From Cycas panzhihuaensis (Eukaryota > Plantae > Cycadophyta), in the NCBI GenBank assembly GCA_023213395.1, contig CM041465.1:168585741-168649740 (forward strand): a DNA stretch of 64,000 bases, written 5' to 3'. The position numbers and the translations under genes were made by a program. Of the stretch, positions 26,001-37,117 are shown piece after piece; position 1 is the stretch's first letter, and each line of letters starts with the position of its first letter. The notes under the pieces are model-generated. The model had not been told where the DNA came from. It saw nothing but the letters and a program-made list of their open reading frames with translations, and made no database searches.

Positions 26001-29000
26001 CATCCCTCTTACCCTTGAGAACAAAACCATCCTCACTAATATTATGGTCCTTGATGTAGACATGGACTACAACCTTCTATTAAGATATCCATAGCTTGAC
26101 TAGATGGGAGCTATGTATTTGTCCCACTGGAGATAGCTCAAATTCATCCATGAAGGATGAATAAAAGTTGTTTCCTAGGAGCCTCCTCCCATTAAACAAT
26201 TGTACCAATCCCGTCAAGAAGTTTATGATCCAACAAAGGGCAATAAAGGCCCATCCACTCATGCTTCCACCTACATGATCGATATTCCTAGAACTTCCTG
26301 CTCGAAGGAAGGACCTTCCTCTTCCTCTTCTAACCTTATTCGTTTTGTCCCCATTAGTGTAGGGAGTTATGGGTACCTTATCATTTTGAGCGATGATGAG
26401 TCTAATGGTGAGGACAAGGATCTACCTCATCCTATATCCCTCCTAAATACTCGTAGGCAATGCTTGCTTTATTCTAGGTCCCAACAGAAAACCCCTTCTA
26501 TTAAGGAGCCCAATACTCCTACCAAATCACGCATGGTTATTCCCATCTCTTGTGTGACTTCCCAAACCACTTCATCATCCACCATGTCACCTTCCTTAAG
26601 TAATGAGGGTAGGGGACCTCCTATCCCACGATATAAGAGGGTGCTCTTTGACTCTTTTGAAGAGTCCCTTGACTATATCGAATGGTGGGTTGACTGTTAT
26701 AGGCCCATCGCTCATCCTGCTTCTCGCTCCTCATCCTCTCCAAGTCTAACTATCTATGGGAAAGACTACTTCGAGAATGATAAGGCATTACTAGAAGATT
26801 TACCAAGCTCCACGACCAACCTCCCTCTTGGTCACCATGAGCTTGGTTACTAGAAGATCCTAGCTCTTGGGTCATCCCTAGCTAACCTAAGCCAACCTAG
26901 TTCCTCTTTGCCTCTTCCTATTGACCAAGCCCCCCTCCATTTTGAGGAGAGGAATGCTATGTGCATGGGGGCAACCAAGGACATTGTCCTCATCCCTGGT
27001 ACAGTCATCAAGGTAGGAGCAAAATGTTCCCCTGAAGAAATAAAGGAATACACCCTCCTTTTTCAAGAGTTATGTGATGCTTTTATATAGGATTACACTA
27101 ACGTGAAGGGAATAGATCCCTTCACTGTCACTCATAATCTTACGACTATCCTAAGAGCTCATCCTGTGTAACAAAAGTAATGCCCCCTTCATCCTATGCT
27201 GTCTACTACCATTAAGATGGAAGTTGAAAAACTCTTAGATATAGGGTTGATCACTTTTATTGATTACCCTAAATGGGTCTCCAACATTATTCCCATTACT
27301 AAAAAGAATGGAACGATTTGGATATGTGTTGATTTTTGAGATATCAATAACATATATCCCAAAGATAACTTTCCTCTACCTTTTATTAATTAGATTATTG
27401 ATTGCACTACCAGATTCAAAGTCATGTCCTTGATGGATGGCTTCTTTGGTTACAACTAGATCCAAATCTCTCCTAAAGATGGTCATAAAATAGCCTTCAC
27501 TCTTCCTTGGGGTACCTTTGCTTAGAAAGCGATGCCCTTTGGACTCAAAAATACATGTACCACTTACCAAAGGGTGATGCAATTTATCTTTCATAATCTC
27601 ATAAATAAAACCCTTGAGGTCTTTATGGATAATATGATGGGTCTTTCTCGTAAGAGAGCCCATCACCCTGAGGATTTATATGCCATCTTTATTCAATGCC
27701 ATAAATACCACGTCTGCTTAAACCTGCTCAAATGCATATTTGCCATAACCATTGGTAAACTCTTCAGTTTCCTTGTTTCTAAACAAGGAATCCAAATAAA
27801 ACCTGATAAGGTCAAGGCCATCCTTGACATATCTTTGCCTAAAATGCAACATCAAATTATGTCATTTTTGGGTAGGTTGGGTTTCCTTAAGTGTTTCCTA
27901 GTAAACTTTGGCATAAATGCCAAGCTCATTACTAACCTATAGGAGAATGGAGCCCTATTTATTTAGTCTCCCAAGGCCTAGGAAGCTTTCTAAGAGCTCA
28001 AGAGAGCCTTGGCTTCTACCTCAATTTTGGAAACACCTCTCTTTGATCATCGCTTTATCCTTTATACCTTAGTAATTGATGAATCCTCGAGGGCTATGCT
28101 TGCCTAAGAGGATGATTTGGGAACTAAGTAAGCCATTTATTTCATCAGCCATATACTAGTCACTACTGATCTTCACTACTCTTCCATAAAAAAGGAGTGC
28201 CTCGTCTTGGTCCATACTACTAAGAAATTTAGGTACTACCTACTTAACAATACCACTTGGGTAATTGTTTAATCTAATTCCTTGAGATGCCTCTTAACTT
28301 GATCTTACTTAACTTATAGGACTAGTAAATAGGTCATCCTCCTTTAAGAGTATGACCTTCAAATCATCAATAGGAAATTGAGAAAGGAAATGGTAGTCGT
28401 TGAACAACTAGTTGATGTATCTATTACTAACTCTTCTAATATTCTCGTTGATGACTCCTTACCTGACAAGCTTATCCTTTCTATCTGAGACTCGCCATCC
28501 CATCTATTAGCTAGTAGTGAATGGTATGGGGACATTGTATAATACCTTACTAAATAGTAGTATCATCCTAATTCTAGTGACAAGATGAGGTCACAAGTTA
28601 GAGCTACTACTAGGCAGTATTTCCTCATTGAGGAGGTATTGGTCCTTCTTCATTATGTTAAACCTGATGAGGCAAACCAAATACTTCATGAGTGCCATAA
28701 CAACATTTGTGAGGGCCACATTAGAGGCCAATCTATGGACCATAGGATCCTCTACATGGGTTATTACTAGTTGTCCCTTTTCAAGGATGCCCATGCATAT
28801 GCATTGCATTGTCATAGGTGCCAAGTGCATTCCAACATCATTCATTTGCATTCTAAGGCCTTACACCCACCAAATCATCTCTTTATGGCCTTTTTCCCAA
28901 TGGGGATTAGACCCTATTAGAATCATAACCCCTCCTTACTCATTGTAATATAAGTTCATCTTGACTACGACAGAGTACTTTACCAAATGGGCCAAAGCGG

Positions 29001-29749
29001 TCCCTCTATCATCTATTGCTAAAAAGACCATAACCACTTTCATCTACCAGCATATTATCTATTAATTTGAGGTTCCAGATGTCCTAATAATAGATAATGG
29101 TGCTCCCTTTTGTAATAAGGAGATGGATGAACTTTGTAGGAAGTTTAGAATATCCCACAAAACCTCTTCTCCTTATTATCCCTTGGTTAATAGACAAATT
29201 GAATCTTTTAACAAAACCCTTATCAACATCTTAAAGAAAACTGTGGCTTAATCCCAAAGAGATTGGTACCTCCAGCTTCCTTTTACTTTATGGGCATATC
29301 ACACTTCCATTTACATGGCTCCAGGGATGACCCTATTCTCCCTCATATATGGGACCAAACTGGTCCTCTCCTTGGAAGTTAAAATCCTTGATTTATGTGT
29401 TTCTCTTTAAGGTCTCATCGATGAGGAGTCTTATCATCAAGCTTGCCTCCTCGACCTTAAAGCCTTGGATGAGAGATGCTTGATGGTATACCAAGAAAAC
29501 CTCACCTCCAAGGCTAGGTCATAAATGACATATAACAAATGTCTTCATCCTTGCCCTCTAAATCCTAGGGACCATGTCCTCAATCTTGAATATCTCCATG
29601 GTTGCTTATCCAAATTTAGGCTTAAATGGATCAATTCTTTTGCCATTCTTAAGAGCCTCGACAATGGTTCCTATAGGATAGTGACCCTAGAGGGTCTCAA
29701 ATTTGAGAAAGCTGTGAATAGTAAATTCCTAAAGATGTTCTATGTGTGA
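23010..29749 (+). pseudogene. gag-pol: Tat1 gag-pol (start approximate)
   Basis: PKFYG...DDALKWFYYLP (gag), CSIHGDCFHKDSQY (CX2HX4HX4C knuckle), IMDNDSSINAIP (PR), MPFGLKN...FMDNMM (RT), LHECHNNICEGH and WPFSQWGLD (INT), end AVNSKFLKMFYV*. Confidence 0.92.
24338..24509 (+). repeat. 86-bp tandem duplication inside Tat1 gag
   Basis: GCCCTTAAGTGGTT...TATTTTAATA(C/T) starts at 24338 and again at 24424. Confidence 0.9.
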
Positions 29750-30796
29750 CCCTTTCTACTCCTAAACAGGATAGGCACACCTCTCTCTCACTCTAAAATG
29801 AGCCTAAACTACCACTTTAAGTGCATCATCATTTCTCCTAGTCACAAGTGTAATGATGGTTTAAAGTAGCCCTTCATCCTTTTGACTTTGTTACTTGTAT
29901 TGCATCTCTTATCTCCCTCCCGAGGGTGTCCTCTCCTTTCCTAGTTGGGTAAGCAAACCTCCTTCACTTCTGAGTATGGAGTCACTCCCCAACTATGGCT
30001 TTTTTTTGCTTGGGTATCCACACCCCCTAGTCATTGCTTCCTTTGCATATCTATTATGTTCTTCCTAATGAACATGTGTAGCACCTCCCTCCTAGTCTTA
30101 TACATATCCATCATCGACATATATGGTGATTATATATGCCTAATATAAGTGTGGTGTTGTATGGAAAGAAGCACGAATATCATCTACATATGATCTAATA
30201 ACAAAAGCCATATATAATAATTAACTAAAACTACCTAAATGCATGACCCCTTGTGCATCTGTACACCTATATCCATATGCATATGCTCATCTCTCTATGC
30301 ATCATATAAATAAATAAACTATATAATAGTAACGCAATAACATCATAAATCAATCACAATATCATCTTCATGTATCAAATGGGGTACCAATTATCCCTCA
30401 TCTATATATATACAAAGTTATACGATACAACAGAATCATATGGTATATCATCAGTTAGGCAATATAACTTAGGAAGATGGAATCCTTGCAGGGAGGAGTA
30501 CAATCATATGTTTAGATGTGCTAAAAGCTCCCTAGAGGTATGAAGCTTTCTTATCTAAAATCCACAACATATAATCTCCTGGATGCCATGCTCTCAAGGG
30601 GTGTCATCCCCTCATCTATGGGATCCCTCGCTGGGGGACCAGATATCTCCTAGGCTCATGTGGCATCATTGCGAGCTCCCTGCCTCACTCTCCTACTCTT
30701 GAGGTCTCCTTTAGGTCATTGTCATGGTATGTGATTGGTTGCATGATGACCTGGTGGCAATCTGCTCTACTAATTAATCGTATCTAACCTAGATAT

Positions 30797-30798
<2 letters not shown>

Positions 30799-30836
<38 letters not shown>
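30799..30836 (+). repeat. (TC)19 microsatellite
   Basis: Read directly. Confidence 0.9.
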
Positions 30837-30839
<3 letters not shown>

Positions 30840-31239
30840 ACTCCATGGAGTCTCTCCTCCAACACAATAATCTGAATCCTGCTCTCTGCATCCTTGCTTG
30901 ATCCTCCTCCCTAGGCCTCCGGTCCTTATACCTAGCTCTATAGGATGCCTCCCTTAACCACTAGTTGGTCCCTCTCTTCCTATAGCCCATCCAAGGTGCC
31001 CTGCAGTTGGCTGACCCTTGCCTAAAGCTCTTGGGACTTTGCCACCTATATATCCATAACCCAAATCAGTAGGGTGAATGTTGTTATATGTGGCCCCACT
31101 GATCAGCGCTCTTCGCTAGCTAGGATGGGAGGATGCCCCTTCATATAAACCTGGGGGAATAACTTATATACTATCACCTCCAGTAGCCTTGCTATCTCTG
31201 CTACCCCTACTAAACCATGCATACTATATGTCAGTCAAG

Positions 31240-31278
31240 TATATATGTATGTGTGTGTGTGTGTATGTGTGTATATAT
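31240..31278 (+). repeat. Mixed (TA)/(TG) microsatellite inside predicted intron 2 of the antisense gene
   Basis: TATATATGTATGTGTGTGTGTGTGTATGTGTGTATATAT read directly. Confidence 0.8.
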
Positions 31279-33304
31279 AAAAGCATCAAAATCCAAATAA
31301 AACCATCTAGGGAAGTAGTAAATGATTGAAAGTACATTTAGTCAGGATAGAATCTCACCTCTTGGGATGATTGGATCCTCTACCTAGATGATCACCTCAT
31401 CTGCCATGGCTCCCCCTACTACTGCCTTTATCTCCTTGACCTCTGGCACTACCTTGCTTATCACCTAGGCTGCTAGAGCATCTCCACCCTCTAATCCCTC
31501 CTCTCCTAGGATCTCTCTATCTACGGAAGCTATTTCCACCTATACCTCTTCCACCATAGCCATCATTGTTGCTAGGGCTCTACTTGTAGCTCTCCCTCTA
31601 CCTATTGGTCCTAGTGGTCGCCTATTTCCTCCTGCTAATGTTGATGGACTTGCCTTATCTCTTGTAGCTCTTGATGGTCCTGTGCCATCCCCTCCATCTC
31701 CTCCATCATCGTCAACACCCTCATCATGTTCATCTCCTAGCTCTTTACCCTCATCATCACTTTCCTAGTGGATCACTTAATAAGGATCCACTGTATAGTC
31801 GATCAGGGTTAAGAGATCTAGCGATGTTGCTACCACCAATCGCTACACATGAACTAGGTTCTTAGCCTCTGTAAACCTCGTCTGCCACGTATGAACCATG
31901 GGAGCCTTAGCTAAGATGAGATGTGGTCCTCCTGGTAGTTCCACCACTCTGAAATGGTCAAAACAACAATAGTGGAATAGCGTGCAATAAGAGAAACCCC
32001 CTGCCCCAACTACTATATTTAGTTGAGTTATGGAATCAGGTTGGTTGCTATTAAGGTAGCCAAATCAAACCTCTATCCAGCCTTGCACCTCTTAATAGTG
32101 GTCATCTAGCCTCCTAAGATGTCCATGTAGTTCTATTTCTAGGATATCTAGAATAGAATAGTCAAAGTAATGAGTTTCCTTACACGAGGAACTCTAGATA
32201 AAACCATCGCCTAGACTGAGACTCCCCATCGATCTTATTACCCCTACCTTATAAAGAATTTAGATGCATCCCTATGGGTAGCATCTATGCTAGGTAGTAT
32301 GCTTAATAATGCTAGAATCCCACCTGATGATACACCCAGGATCCTCCTGATATCCCCATGTATGATAAATATATCTCACACTTGTAGGAGGTGAAATACA
32401 TGCCTCTGTCAATCCTAGTGTGAGATGATTTCAACTAGGAGGCACTAGTTGGATGCATACTATGGATTCCTAATGACCTTCAGAATCCTACAGTATCGTA
32501 GAGTCATTTGCTCCTACTATATCATCATCTCAATAAAACTCATCATCGCCATGCCTATATTCTTGTGGTCACCATGCCTATATTCTTAAAGTTATCAATT
32601 GTGAAAATAACCTGCAAATAAAAAAAAGCTAGTCAGAGATCCACTAATCCCCTCTACCATGTGCCATTCTCCCCTTTTAATGGTTGAGGCTCCATCAAGC
32701 TGGGTAGACTCATCCATCAGGGCATCTCTTCTCTTTTTCTCCTATCCAACATTCACCCCGTGCCAAACTCTATGGTACTGTAGATATTGATATGGGTCCC
32801 ACTAAAAAAAATTATATTTTCTTGGTGGCCATGCTACAAACTTCACGACATTGCGACATTTATCGTAAGGTCATGGATACCCCCCTAAAATGGGGGGTGG
32901 GGTGGCCTAAAAACTCAAAAGAAAAATCTTAAGTGGACCAAACTTGGCCCACTAGGACCAAGGCTACCTAATACCCTATTCCTCCCCTTCCCTGGGCCTC
33001 ATTTGAGTTCCAAGGGGTCTCGATCACCCATATGGGGCCTAAAATAAACTTTAAAAACTAAAAAAGTCCATTAAATAAAATTGATGAAATGAAATAGCTA
33101 GGGGATAGTCCACTCACTAGATCAGGCGTGATCGCTACCATCTTGTCTCCACGATCTCAATGGTTATTCTCTCTCCCTGATCCAATAGCCGGATCTCTCA
33201 TTGGATGCTCCCAAATACTGGCATAGCCTTGCTGCATAAAAGAAAGGGCTTCAGATCTCTCATGGGGGCCTATGAAAATGAATCCTATTTTCACCCTTCT
33301 CCCC

Positions 33305-33518
33305 TTTATATATGTGGGGTCCCCTAGGGGCACCACCTCCTTTCTCCTCATCGCGATAGCCCTCAGGATCATCTCCTTATCCTCACTCACTTTGTCTTTA
33401 GGGTCTGACCCTTATTTTGCTCCTATGGCCTTCATTTTACTCCTTTCTAGTGCATTTATGGCGATCCCTTTAGCCTCCTAGAGGCCCCTTGTGCCTTATT
33501 TTTTACATTGCTATAAAA
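33305..33518. promoter_or_regulatory. Putative divergent promoter region between the antisense PMD gene and sense aRH
   Basis: TATATAAA on the minus strand (33312-33305) and TATAAAA on the plus strand (33512-33518), pointing away from each other. Confidence 0.45.
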
Positions 33519-33700
33519 TGTGCCAATGTTTATACTCTTTTAACTTATTCCAGTATCTTGGATCTACTTTTCCCATTCGTTTGAGCCTTTAAGGCTCCTA
33601 GGGGAAGCCCCTCCTCCCTTCCAGGCCTCCATAGGCCCCTTTGTGACCCTAGGGGCTCTGAAGGAGCATACATACTAATCCTTTCTCACCCTTTCATCAG

Positions 33701-33769
33701 GTAAGCCTCCCTTGAGCCTAGTAGCCTACCCCTATGGCTCTCTTATCCTCACACAATTTATATTTACAG
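33701..33769 (+). other. Putative 69-nt leader intron upstream of the Tat1 aRH ORF
   Basis: CAG|GTAAGC donor, CTCAC branch-like motif, TATATTTACAG| acceptor, 103 nt before the ATG. Confidence 0.5.
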
Positions 33770-33872
33770 TTTTTTGAGCTATCGTAGCCCTGTCACTACC
33801 CCTTTCTTTTGCATCTTGACTTTACTGTCACTATCTCTTCTATCGCTTAACTCAAACTCTATTCTTTTTACT

Positions 33873-34295
33873 ATGGTATTACTCATCTTCACTGACAGAG
33901 GAAGTCAAGGCAACCCCAAACCTTTTGTAGCTACGTGGATCCTCTGTGATCCCTCTAGATATAACTATATGTATTTTAGAATCTTTCTACTCCAGGCTAC
34001 GAATAACAAAGATGATTACATAACTATTATTGAAGACCTTACCGATGCACTTCACTCTTACCATGGGCCTATCATCCTCTATTTTGACTCTCAGATTGTC
34101 ATGTCATAACTAACCCAGGTTTACTAAGTATGTTGCCCATGATTGAGAGCCCTTACTTCAACCACCAGGTCCCTTTTATCTTGCTTCTCTTTCATGGATG
34201 TTTGACACATTCCCCAATATCTTAATGTTAAGGCAGATGGCCTTGTATATCGCATCCTCAAGAATCATCTCCTTCTCTCAGATGACCCCTCCTAG
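33873..34295 (+). pseudogene. Stand-alone archaeal-type RNase H (aRH) of Tat1
   Basis: MVLLIFTDRGSQGNPKP...QATNNKDDY...YFDSQIVMS*L...HIPQYLNVKADGL fits the DG.SRGNPG / TNN.AEY / DSQLVV.Q / H+PR..N..AD.L pattern. One frame, 141 codons including the terminal stop; internal stops are all C>T explicable. Confidence 0.9.
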
Positions 34296-34778
34296 GTAGC
34301 CTAATAAGTCACTTAATCACCTAGGCTCTAGGATCATCCTTTCTTCTATTGCGATCTCTTCACACCTTTGAAAGTAGGAAACTAATGAGATTAAATTATG
34401 GTGACCACTAGGTTTATGTCTCCACTTTGTCCTTTATACTACCCGTGGCATGAGGCTCTTGCACTCTGATTCTCTACATGTACAGATCTTTGCTTATATT
34501 TATTTGTTGGTTGTGCTTATGACCTTGTATAATATTAATCTTACATGAGGGTGATAGGGGCAGTCCCCTCATCTCGTCATCCTTTTACACCAAACTCTTG
34601 GGTGACGTACAGGCAGCCCCTATGCTGCCCCTTCCTTTCCTTGTCCACGTGATCCACCACGACACCTACGACTCCCCTTGGATGATGATACTTTTTGCAT
34701 TGGTAGATGATACTAATCTTTTTATGTTGATAGCATCTGCCATCACCAGATGCTTCCAAGAGATGAAGCTCTATTGCT

Positions 34779-34788
34779 AAGGGGGCAA
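34779..34788 (+). promoter_or_regulatory. Polypurine tract of Tat1
   Basis: AAGGGGGCAA immediately before the TG of the 3' LTR. Confidence 0.85.
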
Positions 34789-37117
34789 TGTTTCTCAGCT
34801 ACTAAGAATGGATATGGACAACGTCTCTTAGGTAGGCATAGGTATATATCTCTATCCCTACTCCTCATTTACCTTAGGATGTGATGAGATGTTTGATGAT
34901 TATATTTTGTATGGCATTGTTATATGCATGGTTAAGATGCTTGGTTTGCCTACCCATTTTTGTTCCTATGACTATGATCTAGCTTATGACAACTCAGGAC
35001 CATCATCCTATGGCACTATATAGCCCCTCACGACACTTCCTCAACACTCTTAGGTACTCATGGGCCCCTGTGGCCCACCATTTATTCACTATTATCATTA
35101 TACATGATCCCTAACACCTTATTTTAGGCTTGATCATATTTGTATATATCATTCATATGTCATTGGGGCCTTTACTACCCTCTTTCACATATGTAAAAAG
35201 GTCTTACCGATGCCTAGAGGTCCTCTAAAGGCTTTACCAATCTAGTATACTACTCTGTTATGCCCTAAGACCCTTCTTTTGGGGGTCCCCTAGGCCTCCC
35301 TTTTATTTTTTCTTGTATTTTATTTACACTATGATAACATTTGCAGTACCATGACAAACTTTGTGGTGCCATGAAGTTTACCATGAGGTGATTGTCTATT
35401 GATCTTCGTGGTCTTGTAATGGCTAATTTCACATTTATTACAAAACTGACATATGGTAGACCATTGTTTCCTACTTAGAGAAAACCCTAATCACTTGGGA
35501 AACCTAATTTAGGTATAAAAACCCAAATCTAAGTTTATTTTACCTCTCTTGGCTCTCATATGAAAGGAAAAATGCCTCCTACCTGCACTTCTGGTTTCTC
35601 CTCCTATTCTTCTCTTCTCTAAGGATGAAACCCTAGAATGTAGGTCTGTACTAGCTCTTCTCTAATAGGTCTTCCTTCTATGGTACTCACTCCAATAGTA
35701 GCAAAAGTTTTCACAAGTTTTTTATCCTCATTCTTACCTCCAAAAAGGAGCCTTTCTTCACCTAACAAGAGGGGTCCTCATCTTTTCATTAGCACATGAG
35801 GTAACATCCATTTTACTTTAGTTTTTTGTGACTGTATCAAGTTTATTTCTTGTTGTTCTCCCCTTTAGCAAGTATATTTGGTATATATTTTCACTTATTG
35901 TAAGTTTTACATCCATCTTTATCTATTTTTAGGTGTCCAAAGGAAGGCAAGCCCTTCCTTCCTCCTTGATTGCACCTCCATACCCATTGGGTTCTTCATG
36001 GGAAACAAGTAAGTGGATTGTAGGATTCCTTTGAGAGGGAGAAAAGGAGTTCATAGCTAGGGTTCTAACCCTCACAACCATATCCTCCAAGGCATCCCCT
36101 TACCTCTCTTAGCTTTCCTACGTGATATCCATCTTGCACACCAAGAAACTCCTTAGGCCAGGGCTTCTATTGGTTATAGCATTTGTAGCCCCTTGCAACG
36201 CCTACAATAAACTCTTATACACATTATTTGGTAGTAAGTTTCTTTGTATATTTTTCCATTTCATGAGATTTCCATTTCCCTTGCATATCTTGTAAAAGTT
36301 ACAATATTATAACTTTTGTAACATTTATACTTTTTACAGTTTTACAACTTCTTAATCCTTGTAAGTTGTGTCACTTTTATTTGCTTAGAATTATAAACCC
36401 TCTCCTAACTTATTTCTTAGAGTACTCGAGCACATAATAGGTAGCTTATTTGAGGGAGCTATCCATTCTGAGGCTCTCCTTTCTCTCACCTTCAAAACCC
36501 CTCTTTTCCCCCAAATATTACTTAGAAACTTTTAAGTATATAGCGAGAAGATTGAGAAGCATATTGTTCCTTTTCTTTCATTACACTAAAGAAGTTTAGA
36601 TTTCATTTTGATGAGCATGTGTACACATAATTACATCCATATGCACATGCATATATATGTTATTGTTTGTTAAAAGGGTTTACCCACAAGGAAACTCTGC
36701 CTACCATAAGTAAGAAAGATTGTGTTGAAAGATATATATATCTCATTTACATTTGTTTTTCTTTGAAACTTTCCTTTAAAGTTCTTTTCTCTTTTGAAAT
36801 ACATTTCAAGGAAGCTAAGGAAGCCCTAACTATAGTTTTGTCCACAACACCAATCGTGGCTTATAACATAGGGTGATCAGTGAAAGGAAGATAATGATGG
36901 GAAAGAGTGGCACTCCATCAACTGGATTGTTTCTAGGTGCACTTCTTCCAACCTTCCTTTTCCTTCTTATCCTTTTCTTCCTCCCTTTCTCTCCTAAAAA
37001 GGAAATCAGTTGCGTTTATACATAGTTTACAATCATTTATTTTTTTTACCCACATCTATCTAAGGGAAAATATAAAGGAATATCACTCATATTTGCTCTC
37101 TTTATCTTTGCATTAGG
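34789..37117 (+). repeat. 3' LTR of Tat1, left part
   Basis: TGTTTCTCAGC..., collinear with 19533-21823; interrupted by copia C. Confidence 0.92.

Larger units (their letters stand above)
30450..33141 (-). pseudogene. Antisense three-exon accessory gene of Tat1: PMD (aminotransferase-like plant mobile domain)-like + acidic + coiled-coil protein (3' end approximate)
   Basis: Exon 1 33141-33118 (AAG-ATG-G, MVAITPDL). Intron 33117-32612 (GTGAGT...CTGAC...TTTTTTTTATTTGCAG). Exon 2 32611-31359 includes LLVEIISH*D*QRHVFHLLQV*DIFIIHGDIRRILGVSSGG and FDLATLIATNL. Intron 31358-31207 (GTGAG...CTGAC...TAG). Exon 3 includes SQEL*ARVSQLQGTLDGL*EERDQL. Both junctions keep the frame. Confidence 0.75.

Noticed and set aside
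31671-31865. His-rich plus-strand ORF
   Set aside because: It is the antisense shadow of the Asp/Glu/Gly-rich part of the minus-strand accessory gene.
30450-33141. env-like gene or captured host MAIN/MAIL gene
   Set aside because: It is antisense with no evident signal peptide or transmembrane segment. Its position inside the element fits a TE-borne PMD, and no host-gene context is visible.
33873-34295. Bacterial or archaeal rnhA by horizontal transfer or contamination
   Set aside because: It lies between pol and the PPT of an element with matched LTRs and TSD, shows the same deamination pattern, and recurs in Tat2. aRH is an established Tat-clade domain.
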